A DNA stretch of 64,000 nucleotides from Calditrichales bacterium (GTDB lineage Bacteria; Calditrichota; Calditrichia; Calditrichales; J004), in assembly GCA_965267575.1 (NCBI GenBank), contig OZ254086.1, positions 1,344,001 through 1,408,000 on the forward strand. The letters are read 5' to 3'. The notes beneath the pieces were generated by a model. The model was not told where the DNA came from and did no database searches. It saw only the letters and a list, made by a program, of their open reading frames with translations. Shown in pieces: positions 20,063 through 30,222 of this stretch (position 1 is its first letter; every line of letters starts with the position of its first letter). A program made the position numbers and the translations under genes.

Positions 20063-20111
20063 CACCAAATGTTTATTTTCCCTGTCTGTTATTTTTAAAC
20101 CCACACATTTT

Positions 20112-21089
20112 ATGGCTAAAAAATTAAGCGCTATTAAGAAACCTTTTGAGGCTGAGCTAAAAGCATACGACCGGGTTTTTAACGAGATCATGTCTTCAAA
20201 TGTGAAGCTGATCGATACGATCCTTAAGTATATTATAAAGCATAAAGGCAAGAATCTGCGTCCCCTGCTTGTGCTGATGTCAGCGAAAATTACCGGCGCA
20301 CCCAACGAAAACACCTATATCGTCGCGTCAATCATTGAAATGCTGCACAGCGCCACCCTGATCCATGATGATGTTGTGGATGATGCGGAACTGCGGCGCT
20401 CTTTTCCCTCGATCAACGCGGTCTGGAAGAATAAGATAGCCGTCCTTATGGGCGATTACCTTCTTTCCAAGTGCCTTATAGGCGGCACAAAAACCGGCAG
20501 CCTGGAGGTGATGAATATTCTGGCAGACTCATCGCGGCGTTTGAGCAAAGGCGAGCTTCTCCAGATAGAACGTTCGCGAACGCTCAACATCACCGAGGAA
20601 GAGTTTATCGATATGATTTCAGATAAGACAGCGGCTTTGATTGGTGCTTCCGCGGAGTTGGGAGCGATTACCGTAAGCGAAAAGCAGGAAGACCGCGACA
20701 ACCTGCGGCGCTATGGCGAAAACCTCGGCATCGCCTTTCAGATCAAAGACGATCTTCTGGATTATTATGGCAAGCAAAGCATTGTCGGCAAACCCGTCGG
20801 AAACGACTTCAAGGATAAAAAACTGACTTTGCCACTGATACATGCCTTTAGCAAGGCGCCGGAAAAAGAAGTAAAGTCAATCAAAAAGATGATTAAAAAC
20901 GGCGTGAAGAGTAAGGACATTCGCACAATTATTCAGTTTGCAGAATCCTTCGACGGCATATCATACGCGCGACAAAAACAGGATGACTATGCCGAAAAGG
21001 CAACGCAGGCTTTGCAGAGTTACCCGGAAAGTCCGGAAAAGCAAGCAATGATCCGCTTTGTGGATTATGTAATTGAGCGGTCCATGTAG
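20112..21089 (+). CDS. Long-chain polyprenyl diphosphate synthase (IspB-like)
   Basis: GKNLRP, HDDVVD...RR and FQIKDDLLD aspartate-rich motifs. Confidence 0.93.
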   Translation: MAKKLSAIKKPFEAELKAYDRVFNEIMSSNVKLIDTILKYIIKHKGKNLRPLLVLMSAKITGAPNENTYIVASIIEMLHSATLIHDDVVDDAELRRSFPSINAVWKNKIAVLMGDYLLSKCLIGGTKTGSLEVMNILADSSRRLSKGELLQIERSRTLNITEEEFIDMISDKTAALIGASAELGAITVSEKQEDRDNLRRYGENLGIAFQIKDDLLDYYGKQSIVGKPVGNDFKDKKLTLPLIHAFSKAPEKEVKSIKKMIKNGVKSKDIRTIIQFAESFDGISYARQKQDDYAEKATQALQSYPESPEKQAMIRFVDYVIERSM

Positions 21090-22109
21090 ATGGAGCGGAC
21101 GAAAATTTTGATAATCCGGTTAAGTTCAATCGGAGATATAATTTTAACCAGCGCTTTTGTAAGGCAGACCCGCCGGGCTTTTCCGCAGGCGGAAATACAT
21201 TTTACCGTAAAGAAAAAATTCGCCGATCTGCTGCGTTTTAATCCGCACATAGATAAACTGATTGAGTTTGATGATGCCGGCGGCTATAAAGAGTTGCAGA
21301 AACTGGCGTCCACCATACGGGCCAGCAACTACAGCCATATCTTTGATCTGCATAATAATCTGCGCAGCAACCGGATAACGCGGGGCATAAAACCTTCCTA
21401 CCTAAAAAGAATCAGTAAAGACAAGATCAGGCGGGCGGTTCTGGTATACCTGAAAATTAATCTCTATAAAAGAGCGATCGCCATTCCCCAGCGCTATCTT
21501 GCCGTGGGTGCTGAAGCCGGTGTACAGGATGACCAAAAAGGGCTGGAGCTGTTTTGGGATGATGCGATCGAAAAGAAGCTTGATAACGCCTTAAGCGCCA
21601 ACGGAATAGGGCAACGTTTTTGGGCGGTTGCGCCGGGGGCCGGTTTTGCTACCAAAATGTGGCCTCATGACTACCTGAACAAACTGCTCAAAGAGCTGGC
21701 CGGCCATGAAGATGATCTGCCCGTTGTTTTGTTGGGTTCCCAGGCGGAACGTGCGATGTTTTCCAGACTGGCAAAAACAAAAAAAGTGTATAACCTGGCC
21801 GGAAAGCTTAGTTTGCTGGAGTCGGCCGCCGTTTTGAAAAGAGCTGACTTTCTGCTTACCAACGATTCCGGCCTTATGCATATGGCCAGCGCCGTCGGCA
21901 CGCCGGTAACGGCTATTTTCGGTTCAACGGTGCGCGAGCTGGGCTTTTTTCCCTACCGCGTGCAGAATAAAGTTTTGGAGCAGCAGCTGTGGTGCCGCCC
22001 CTGTTCGCACGTTGGCAGAAGAACCTGTCCCCTTGGCCATTTTAAATGCATGCGTGAGATAACGCCGGATATTGTGCAAAAACATTTAAACAAAGCCTAT
22101 TCTTTATGA
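21090..22109 (+). CDS. GT9 LPS heptosyltransferase (WaaF-like)
   Basis: IRLSSIGDIIL, APGAG, TNDSGLMHMA and AIFGST motifs. Confidence 0.92.
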   Translation: MERTKILIIRLSSIGDIILTSAFVRQTRRAFPQAEIHFTVKKKFADLLRFNPHIDKLIEFDDAGGYKELQKLASTIRASNYSHIFDLHNNLRSNRITRGIKPSYLKRISKDKIRRAVLVYLKINLYKRAIAIPQRYLAVGAEAGVQDDQKGLELFWDDAIEKKLDNALSANGIGQRFWAVAPGAGFATKMWPHDYLNKLLKELAGHEDDLPVVLLGSQAERAMFSRLAKTKKVYNLAGKLSLLESAAVLKRADFLLTNDSGLMHMASAVGTPVTAIFGSTVRELGFFPYRVQNKVLEQQLWCRPCSHVGRRTCPLGHFKCMREITPDIVQKHLNKAYSL

Positions 22110-23377
22110 GCCGCCTTTTTTACAATTTTTTTGTTTTGCCGCTTTTGTGTCTGTTTGCCCACGTCGCAGCTGTTTTCGATCGCAAATGGCGCGCGGCGAT
22201 AAGCGCGAGATATAAAACGGTTAAACGCTATAAAGAATGGGTTGAAAAAATTCCACGCGAGCGGTCTGTTGTTTATTTCCACGCTGCTTCAATGGGCGAG
22301 TTCGAGCACATAAAGCCGCTTCTGCAAAACCTGGCAAGCGCAGGCCGGGGCAATGTAGAGATTGTCGTTTCATTTTTCTCACCGTCGGCCTATGACCATG
22401 TTCAATCCCATGAAGGCGTCGGATTGTTTATCTACCTGCCGTTCGATTTTACCTTTACCTGGAAGAAATTATTCAACGCACGCAAACCCGATGCCATCCT
22501 GATCTCCAAGCATGATGTCTGGCCCAACATGACGCATACCGCGCGGCGCTATGACATCAAGGCTTTTCTCGTAAACGCTTCTTTGTCAGAAAAATCCAGT
22601 CGTGGCGGCGCACCCTCGCGCTGGTTCCTGGCGCCGGCCTACAGAAATCTTGAGAAGATATATGCTATCAGTAAACAGGATGCGGCACGCTTTGAAAACC
22701 TGTTTAATTGTAAAAATGTCGTTATTAACGGGGACACAAAGTTTGACCAGGTCTTTGAAAGAAAAAAAAGCGCCGAACAAAAAAAGCGTTTGGACCAAAG
22801 CTGGGAAGAGGCTACCGTTCTGCTGTATGGCAGTATTTGGCCGCAGGATGGAGCGGCCGTTCTGCCGCACCTGGAAAAATTTCTAAACGGTTCGGGCAAG
22901 CGCCGCGCGATCATTGTTCCTCATCAGCCCAAAAATGAAATTATTGATCAGCTTACGACGCATATTAAGAAGACGAAAACAGCCCGGTTTTCGGAGAACG
23001 ATTTTAAAACCAGCATTCTTATTGTTGACAGGATTGGCCTTTTAGCAGAACTGTACAGCTATGCAGATATCGCTTACGTAGGCGGCAGTTTTAGACAGGG
23101 TGTGCATAATGTGATGGAACCGGCTGTATATGGCATACCCGTTTTGTACGGACCGGTACACAAAAACGCCTATGAGGCGGTTGAGCTGGCAGAATTTGGT
23201 GCGGGCATTGTTATTAACAACGCGAACGAATTCTACGAAACTGCAGAAAAACTGGCCACGGATAGCGCATACAGAAAAAGCATTGGCGAGAAAGCGGCGG
23301 CATTCGCCCAAAAACATACCGGCGCCACAAAGCGTGTCATGGACGATTTAAAGACTTTCCTTAAAACTTCAGGTTGA
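22106..23377 (+). CDS. waaA: 3-deoxy-D-manno-octulosonic acid transferase
   Basis: HAASMGE, YLPFD, GDTKFD and VGGSF..HNVMEPA motifs. Confidence 0.95.
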   Translation: MSRLFYNFFVLPLLCLFAHVAAVFDRKWRAAISARYKTVKRYKEWVEKIPRERSVVYFHAASMGEFEHIKPLLQNLASAGRGNVEIVVSFFSPSAYDHVQSHEGVGLFIYLPFDFTFTWKKLFNARKPDAILISKHDVWPNMTHTARRYDIKAFLVNASLSEKSSRGGAPSRWFLAPAYRNLEKIYAISKQDAARFENLFNCKNVVINGDTKFDQVFERKKSAEQKKRLDQSWEEATVLLYGSIWPQDGAAVLPHLEKFLNGSGKRRAIIVPHQPKNEIIDQLTTHIKKTKTARFSENDFKTSILIVDRIGLLAELYSYADIAYVGGSFRQGVHNVMEPAVYGIPVLYGPVHKNAYEAVELAEFGAGIVINNANEFYETAEKLATDSAYRKSIGEKAAAFAQKHTGATKRVMDDLKTFLKTSG

Positions 23378-23402
23378 ACTGAGGCACATCTCCCTTTAAT
23401 AT

Positions 23403-26400
23403 ATGGCTGTTTCATTCAGGGGAAGCTGTATTATGCTGGCTTTGCGCGTGCTGTTAGCGGCGGCTGTGCTTTTATCCGCCAGTGCATTTAATCCGGATTT
23501 TAAACATATTACAATTGAGGATGGCTTATCTCAGGGTACGGTCTTTGCTATCCTTCAGGACAGCCAGGGCTTTATGTGGTTTGGTACCGAAGACGGCCTT
23601 AACCGCTATAACGGTTATGAGTTTACTATATTTAAAAATGATCCAACCGATAGCACAAGCCTGCACAATAATTTTGTAACTGCCCTCCTGGAAGACGAGG
23701 AAGGATATATCTGGATAGGCACGATCCAGGGCCTTTCGCGTTATAACCCGCGCACAGAAAATTTCTTGCAAATAGACCAACCTAAACTGGCGGACGTTTA
23801 TGTCAACAATCTTAGCCAGGACCAGGCGGGAGCCATTTGGATTGCCACCCTAAAGAATGGCGTTTTTTCCTTTGATCATGCAGACGAGAGGATTAAACAT
23901 TACAACAGCAAAACAGGCCTTTCCGATGACCGCACCTGGAAAGTCATCGCGGATAAAGACGGCGCATGGATCGCAACCTCGTCCGGATTGAATTATCTGG
24001 ACCTTACCGTCGGCACGGTTAAAACATACCGTTTCCCGCAAGCGGACGATAACGCCGTTCGTGATTTTATAATTAACAGCGATAGCTCTCTGTGGATATG
24101 CTTTTACAGCTCGGGAATCGGTTATCTTGACACGACGCGCAGCATTCAAAATATATATGCGACAGGGTTTGAAGGACAAAACGCGCGAAAAATTATGAAG
24201 GACGGAGAAGGACGCATTTGGATCGCCACGATGTTTGACGGCGTAAATGTTTTCGATCCTGAAAACGGCACACTTCAAAGCTTGCACTATGAAAAGGATA
24301 ATCCAAGCAGCCTGAGCGGCAATTATGTTGAATCTATTTACCTCGACAAAAACGGATTGATCTGGGTGGGCTGTAACGCAAACGGAGTAAATTTATACGA
24401 TCCGAACAAAAAAAAATTTACGCATATCGGTGCCGAAGACGGACTTAGCGACGTGATGGTGTACGAAGTTTACGAAGACCCAAAATACGGTGGCGAAATT
24501 GTCTGGATCGGGACAGACAAAGGCGGACTGAACAAGCTGGAAAAGAGCACAGGCCAGATTACCGTTTACAGTAAGAATGAGAACAATCCGAATTCCCTGC
24601 AAAATAATTCCGTTCGCGTGGTTTTCCGGGATATAAACTCCCGCCTGTGGATTGGCACCGCCGACGGGCTTTACTTGTTTGATGAAGCAAATGAGCATTT
24701 TAGCAGGCTGGAAAGTGAAAACCCGAAACTATCGACAATTTCCGTTCGAGCGCTGTTGAATCGCCCAGGTGAGGACGGCGATGTGTTGTGGATAGGCGGC
24801 GCCAGCATGGGCTTTGTGCGCTACGATTTGAAAAACCGCACCTATAGAACTTTTGCAGCTAAGGAAGACGGCGGGATATTAAGTTCGGGATTTGTGCGTT
24901 CGGCCATGTTCGACCACGGGGGCGATTTATGGATAGGCACACTGGGCGGCGGCTTGAACAGATTGTATCCGGATAAAGATACGGTTGACATATTTTTGAA
25001 TGATCCGCAAAACCCAAACAGCCTAAGCAATAACATTGTGCTTAGCATAATTGAGGACATCAGTCCGCAGAAAAAGGATGTTTTGTGGCTGGGCACGGCG
25101 GCCGGCATCTCCAGGCTTGAACCGCAAACCGGGATATTCAGCTCGCTTACTCAAAAAGACGGATTACCCAATGATGTTATTTATGCGGTCCTTCAGGATG
25201 AAAAAGGCCGTCTGTGGGCATCAACCAATAAGGGGATCTCTCGTTATAATCCCGCTGACAGCACCTTTAAAAATTTTGACGTAACCGATGGTTTGCAGGG
25301 TGAGGAATTTAATGCCGGGGCTTACGATAAAAGCGTCACCGGTTACCTCTATTTTGGCGGCGTAAACGGTGTTAACTACTTTCATCCGGACAGCATCATG
25401 ATCAACACATCACCGCCAAGGGTGCACATAACAAGTTTTAAAAAGTTCAACAAAGAGACGGACCTTCCGCAATCGATCACCTTTACTGAACAGGTCGATC
25501 TATCCTACAAGGATGATTTTTTTTCGTTTGAGTTTGCGGCGATAGACTACGGTGCCCCGGAAAAAGTTGAATATGCCTATATGATGGAGGGCTTTGACAA
25601 GGATTGGATTTATGGCGGAAACCGGCGTTACGCGGGTTATACCAATCTTGATCCCGGTGAATATATGTTCAGAGTAAAAGCCGCGAATTCCGACGGAGTA
25701 TGGAATGAACAGGGGGCGTCAATGGCAGTTACTATCGCTACGCCGCCCTGGAAAAGCTGGTGGGCTTACCTGCTTTATGCCCTGGTGCTTGTCTTGCTGG
25801 TGCAGGGCCTGCGTTGGGCTGTCAAAAACCGTAAAAGCATTCTGGCCCTGCGCAAGAGAAAGATATCGCACTATAAATTGATTGAAGTGATTGGCGAGGG
25901 CGGACTGGGCATTGTTTACAAGGCTTTAGATTTTAATACAAACGAGCAGGTCGCTGTAAAGTTGTTAAAGCCCGATTTGCTTGAAGATGAAAAGAACCGG
26001 CAGCGATTTGCCAACGAAGGCCGCATGCTTACGGAGCTGGAGCATGAACATATTATAAATGCATATGAAATCGGTGAAGCGGACAAGCAGGGCTATATCG
26101 CAATGGAGTATTTGCCGGGCGGTACATTGCAGCAGTACCTCCACCGATCCCATCCACTGGAAATAAAGGAAATCCAACGCATTTGCCTGCAAATTACGGA
26201 TGCACTTGAACTGATCCATGCAAAGAATATTATACATCGTGACCTGAAGACGTCAAACATCATGCTGGATGAGAACGGTAATGTCCGCGTTATGGATTTC
26301 GGATTGTCAAAGTCGCCCATCGTTGCTACAATGACAACCCTGGGGACGGTGATGGGCACGCTGGGTTATGTGGCACCGGAGCAAATAACCAACATTGATG

Positions 26401-26675
26401 TTGATCACCGGGTGGATATATTCAGCTTTGGAGTGATTTTATATGAAATGCTAACGAATACACTTCCTTTTATCGGAGAAAACGAAATGGCTATGATCCA
26501 TGCGATCTTTAACGCACGGCCTGAAAAACCAAGCGTGCTTCGCGATGACATTGTGCCGGATTGGGATACAATTGTCTTTCGCTGCCTTAAAAAAGAACCA
26601 TCCCGGCGCTATCAGAGCTTTTCTGAGATCCGCGTTGAACTCAAAGAACTCACACTTATCCCGGTTAGATTGTAA
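23403..26675 (+). CDS. Membrane receptor: beta-propeller (Reg_prop) and Y_Y_Y sensor fused to a Hanks-type Ser/Thr kinase
   Basis: Signal peptide; repeated GxxWIGT/GLNR blades; YAGYTNLDPGEYMFRVKAANSDG; PPWKSWW and a TM; then GEGGLG, VAVK, HRDLKTSN, DFG and APE. The start may be 23433. Confidence 0.92.
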   Translation: MAVSFRGSCIMLALRVLLAAAVLLSASAFNPDFKHITIEDGLSQGTVFAILQDSQGFMWFGTEDGLNRYNGYEFTIFKNDPTDSTSLHNNFVTALLEDEEGYIWIGTIQGLSRYNPRTENFLQIDQPKLADVYVNNLSQDQAGAIWIATLKNGVFSFDHADERIKHYNSKTGLSDDRTWKVIADKDGAWIATSSGLNYLDLTVGTVKTYRFPQADDNAVRDFIINSDSSLWICFYSSGIGYLDTTRSIQNIYATGFEGQNARKIMKDGEGRIWIATMFDGVNVFDPENGTLQSLHYEKDNPSSLSGNYVESIYLDKNGLIWVGCNANGVNLYDPNKKKFTHIGAEDGLSDVMVYEVYEDPKYGGEIVWIGTDKGGLNKLEKSTGQITVYSKNENNPNSLQNNSVRVVFRDINSRLWIGTADGLYLFDEANEHFSRLESENPKLSTISVRALLNRPGEDGDVLWIGGASMGFVRYDLKNRTYRTFAAKEDGGILSSGFVRSAMFDHGGDLWIGTLGGGLNRLYPDKDTVDIFLNDPQNPNSLSNNIVLSIIEDISPQKKDVLWLGTAAGISRLEPQTGIFSSLTQKDGLPNDVIYAVLQDEKGRLWASTNKGISRYNPADSTFKNFDVTDGLQGEEFNAGAYDKSVTGYLYFGGVNGVNYFHPDSIMINTSPPRVHITSFKKFNKETDLPQSITFTEQVDLSYKDDFFSFEFAAIDYGAPEKVEYAYMMEGFDKDWIYGGNRRYAGYTNLDPGEYMFRVKAANSDGVWNEQGASMAVTIATPPWKSWWAYLLYALVLVLLVQGLRWAVKNRKSILALRKRKISHYKLIEVIGEGGLGIVYKALDFNTNEQVAVKLLKPDLLEDEKNRQRFANEGRMLTELEHEHIINAYEIGEADKQGYIAMEYLPGGTLQQYLHRSHPLEIKEIQRICLQITDALELIHAKNIIHRDLKTSNIMLDENGNVRVMDFGLSKSPIVATMTTLGTVMGTLGYVAPEQITNIDVDHRVDIFSFGVILYEMLTNTLPFIGENEMAMIHAIFNARPEKPSVLRDDIVPDWDTIVFRCLKKEPSRRYQSFSEIRVELKELTLIPVRL

Positions 26676-27742
26676 TGATACGGTTTATCAGTATTCCCGC
26701 GCTCATCGCCGCTATTCCACTATTAAACGGCCTGGCCCTGGTCGTTTACATGTATGCTCACCCGGATCAGTCACTTGCCATTAAAGTGTGGAATTACCTG
26801 GAATCAGACACTTTTAAGCTTATCAGCGGTTCGCTGATTATTCCGTTGTTCTTTTCCGTGCTGGAAAAGCGTTACAGTTTTTTGGAAAGTCTGCGCAAGC
26901 AGCGTGAAGACAAGCACCGCCAATTGAGAGACGAAAAAAGAGCGGCCAGGAGAAAGGTGATTGATGAAACCCTTGAGATGTGGCGCAAATTGTACGACCT
27001 GGCCGGAAAGCTTATCTTTTTTGTGCCTCAGAAGGATGATCCGGAAAAAATGAATAGCATTGTCTCGGAGATGATGGCATTTACCTCCTTCGCCGAGCAA
27101 ATCGTCAACAAGTGGTCGCATCAGTTTCCCGTATTAAGCCGCCGCGACCAGGACCTTTTTCTTGAATTTATAAATGTTCTCTACCAGTCATCCTTAAGTG
27201 TTGCCTTTTTTATCCAGGACGAAAAGGACGAAAAAATCCGCGGATATTATCAAAATATGCTATACCTCATCCAGGACCAGATAAAGTCCATTGCCCATCA
27301 TCGAATTTTGAATTCCCTAAAATATGCTTTAAACGTGATGGAGTTGCGCGAGGATTACGCGGAAAAAGCAGCGATCGAGCAAGCTGAGAGTCAGTTGCAG
27401 GAGGTATTGAAGCAGTTGCGCGAATGGTATGATCACCTACGCAGGCTGGATGACAAGTTCGATAACTTTATGTCGCCGGCAACCGGAAAAGCCATAGAAG
27501 AGCTGCGATCGACGGCGCGGAAAATAGAAACGTGGCTGAAGGAAGATGAGAAAAGGCTTGTATGGAATCATGACGAATACTGGCCGGTATTTGAAAAGCA
27601 GTACAATGCGTTGACGCTGGAAGAAAAACTGGCCTCTTACCGCGCGCCTTATTCAAAGGAGTATCTGGAAGCACTGGCGCATGACTTCAGTTTGTCGTCC
27701 GCGTGCGAATATATTTATAACAGAGCACATGGTATTTGGTAG
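26675..27742 (+). CDS. Hypothetical membrane-anchored helical protein
   Basis: Two N-terminal hydrophobic segments and a charged helical body; TAATG overlap with the kinase stop. Confidence 0.75.
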   Translation: MIRFISIPALIAAIPLLNGLALVVYMYAHPDQSLAIKVWNYLESDTFKLISGSLIIPLFFSVLEKRYSFLESLRKQREDKHRQLRDEKRAARRKVIDETLEMWRKLYDLAGKLIFFVPQKDDPEKMNSIVSEMMAFTSFAEQIVNKWSHQFPVLSRRDQDLFLEFINVLYQSSLSVAFFIQDEKDEKIRGYYQNMLYLIQDQIKSIAHHRILNSLKYALNVMELREDYAEKAAIEQAESQLQEVLKQLREWYDHLRRLDDKFDNFMSPATGKAIEELRSTARKIETWLKEDEKRLVWNHDEYWPVFEKQYNALTLEEKLASYRAPYSKEYLEALAHDFSLSSACEYIYNRAHGIW

Positions 27743-27748
27743 ATAAGA

Positions 27749-27788
27749 AAAAACCCGTGCACGCCGGGAAATGTATGCACGGGTTTTT
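27749..27788. terminator. Bidirectional intrinsic terminator
   Basis: AAAAACCCGTGCA...TGCACGGGTTTTT between convergent genes. Confidence 0.8.
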
Positions 27789-27806
27789 GGGGTTTGGGGG
27801 CAGGTT

Positions 27807-28259
27807 TTAGAAGCTGTCTAAAGACGCGTAAATATTTTTCACGGTCTGCTCAACGACGTGTTCTCCGTGCCGCGCAGCCGTGAGGATTAATACGATCTTA
27901 TCTTTTACGGCGTCATCTTTTTCAAATTTTTGTGTTCTTTCCAGAAAATCCAGCGCCCAGCTGTTGTTCATTTTATAAAGTGTTATAAGCGAGAGCATGC
28001 GTACTTTACGGTTCTCGTTGTTGCGGAACTCGCGCATTACGTCATAGACGGCGTCTGACACATTTACATAATCGCTGTGGCGGATGACGAGCTGCATCGC
28101 AGAATACTTAACGCCGATGTTATCGGACTTGAGGGCCTGGGTAAGATTGTCCGAGAAGCGCGTCCAGTTTACTTGATCGGGAGAGTCAGGAGTCGTTTGG
28201 GAAATGGCCAGTGAGAAGGTTACTAATAAGGCGACAACGCCGGGTAACAACTTTTTCAT
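27807..28259 (-). CDS. Exported helical (HEAT-repeat-like) protein
   Basis: GGAGG SD, signal peptide MKKLLPGVVALLVTFSLA, and HEAT-like ALKSDNIGVKYSA / ENRKVRMLSLITL. Confidence 0.7.
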   Translation of the reverse strand: MKKLLPGVVALLVTFSLAISQTTPDSPDQVNWTRFSDNLTQALKSDNIGVKYSAMQLVIRHSDYVNVSDAVYDVMREFRNNENRKVRMLSLITLYKMNNSWALDFLERTQKFEKDDAVKDKIVLILTAARHGEHVVEQTVKNIYASLDSF

Positions 28260-28301
28260 TTCTTCCTCCTGCACATAATGTGCTTTGATTTTGATTGTAT
28301 C

Positions 28302-28327
28302 TACGGCCTGGGCGCGGCAAGGTTACG
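28302..28327 (-). promoter_or_regulatory. Putative ECF sigma promoter
   Basis: Minus strand CGTAAC-16 nt-CGTA (AAC/CGT pattern), about 42 nt upstream of ATG 28259. Confidence 0.55.
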
Positions 28328-28386
28328 AATAAAGCCGGAATTATTTTTTAACAGCCTGAAAGAAAGGGTGAAAGGTAGAAACGTCT

Positions 28387-28863
28387 ATGTCATTGGAGAT
28401 TCGCTTTGCGCAGGAAAGTGATGTCAAGCTGATCCTGGAGTTTATCAGGGGCCTGGCCGTATATGAAAAGCTGGCACATGAAGTGGTGGCAGATGAAGGG
28501 CAGCTCAGAAATACACTATTCGGAAAGCACGCCTATGCAGAAGTGTTGCTGGCATTTGAAGGCGCAAGCGCAGTAGGCTTTGCTTTGTTCTTTCATAATT
28601 ACTCAACATTCCTGGGTAAACCGGGCATTCATCTGGAAGATCTTTTTGTTCCGGAGAAATACAGGGGTCGCGGATATGGCAAAGCACTATTAAAGAAATT
28701 GGCACGAATTACCGTAGAACGCGACTGCGGCCGTTTGGAGTGGGCGGTACTTGACTGGAACAAGCCGGCGATAGAGTTTTATGAAAGCATAGAAGCAAAG
28801 GCCATGGACGAATGGATTACGTACCGCATGACAGGCGATACGCTGATAAAGTTTGCCAAATGA
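28387..28863 (+). CDS. GNAT N-acetyltransferase (SSAT/diamine acetyltransferase-like)
   Basis: NYSTFLG, LEDLFV...RGRGYG, RLEWAVLDWN..AIEFY motifs. Confidence 0.92.
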   Translation: MSLEIRFAQESDVKLILEFIRGLAVYEKLAHEVVADEGQLRNTLFGKHAYAEVLLAFEGASAVGFALFFHNYSTFLGKPGIHLEDLFVPEKYRGRGYGKALLKKLARITVERDCGRLEWAVLDWNKPAIEFYESIEAKAMDEWITYRMTGDTLIKFAK

Positions 28864-29396
28864 ATGAGAGACCGGAAATTGGCGAGATAGTAACAGACAG
28901 GTTGATCCTTACAGCACTCCGTTATGAGAAGCATTATTTGCTTATCAAAGAGCTTTTTAAAAACGATCCATCCATGTTTTTTCACGACGATGCGGCTATA
29001 AGCGCCGCTGCCGAACATTGGTTTGAGAAATATGCTGCCAGTAAAACAAGCCCGGTCTTTGGTTACCGCGCGTGCGTCTTAAAAAAGACGAACCAGCCAA
29101 TCGGGCAGTGCGGCTTTTTGTCGTCGGAAAATCCGGAAAACCCAGAACTTGGGATTTCTATTTTAAGGCCATTCTGGAACAAGGGTTATGCGACGGAAGC
29201 GATCACAGCCTTGATGGATTGGGCCGAAGTTAACCACAGTGTGTGTGGGTTCAGCGCTTTTGCTATGACTTATAATGAAGGGGCCAAAAGAATTCTTGAA
29301 AAGGCCGGATTTTCTTTTCTGCGGGAAACGACGCAAAATGGCCACCCCGCCTGCCATTATACGCGTTTATTAAATAAGCGCAACGCCGGCAGCTGA
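28860..29396 (+). CDS. GNAT N-acetyltransferase (RimJ/RimL-like)
   Basis: TDRLIL, PELG, FWNKGYATEA and N..A..ILEKAGF motifs; ATGA overlap with the upstream GNAT. Confidence 0.85.
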   Translation: MNERPEIGEIVTDRLILTALRYEKHYLLIKELFKNDPSMFFHDDAAISAAAEHWFEKYAASKTSPVFGYRACVLKKTNQPIGQCGFLSSENPENPELGISILRPFWNKGYATEAITALMDWAEVNHSVCGFSAFAMTYNEGAKRILEKAGFSFLRETTQNGHPACHYTRLLNKRNAGS

Positions 29397-30203
29397 ACAA
29401 TCAACATGGCGCTTAACATTAAAACCATACCGGTCATTTTTCTTCCATCCACACCCTCGCCAAGGAAATAAAACCCAAACAACGCGGCAAAAACAGTTTC
29501 CAGCGAAAGAATGATACCTGCCTGAGATGCGCTGGCATGACGCTGTCCGAAAAGCTGTAACGTATAACCAAAGGCAATTGAAATTACTCCCGTATACAGG
29601 ATAGCCGGTGTTGCAAGGTAGAGCATTTCAAAATGAAGGCTTTCGCTAAACAAAGCAGCCAACAGGCTAAACGCAGCGCAGCTAAAATATTGCCCGACAG
29701 CAAGGTCCACGGGCGCCAGGTGCTGTACGATACGTGAAATAAGCAGTACGTGGGCGGCCCAGAAAAAGGCACCAAAAAAGACCAGGATATCACCAGGGTT
29801 AACATGCAATGAAGCATCAAAACTGATCAGGTAAAGCCCCGCCAGGGACAGCGCTACGGAAATCCAGACAACAGCAGGAATACGTTCTTTAAATTTCAAA
29901 ACAGCCATCAGTGGGATAAGCACGACATAGAGACCGGTAATAGGTGGTGTGCTCGATACCGGCCTGCTGAAAAAAGCTGCCTAAAAAGAGCAGAGCACCA
30001 GGCAGGATCGTTTGTTTCCAGTATGGAGCACTGCGTTTAAAAGGCCGGCTGATAAAGGGCAGTAATACAATCGCGCCGATTAGAAAGCGGCTGGCATTAA
30101 AAGAAAAAGGGCCCACGTAGCGGGCCCCGATACTTTGCGCCACAAAAGCGCTGCCCCAAAAAATGGCGGCAAGAAGCAGAAACAGATGACCTTTGAAGCG
30201 CAT
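29357..30203 (-). pseudogene. Frameshifted EamA/DMT transporter
   Basis: Two ORF halves. The junction near 29942 reads CAC ACC ACC T ATT ACC GGT CTC TAT, i.e. ...EHTT / +1 nt / ITGLYVVLIP. Confidence 0.85.
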
Positions 30204-30222
30204 TTCAGTTCGCGCGTATCAT

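Noticed and set aside
29935-29950. Programmed frameshift or phase variation in the EamA gene
   Set aside because: There is no slippery heptamer or homopolymer, and conserved residues appear to be missing, which fits a deletion.
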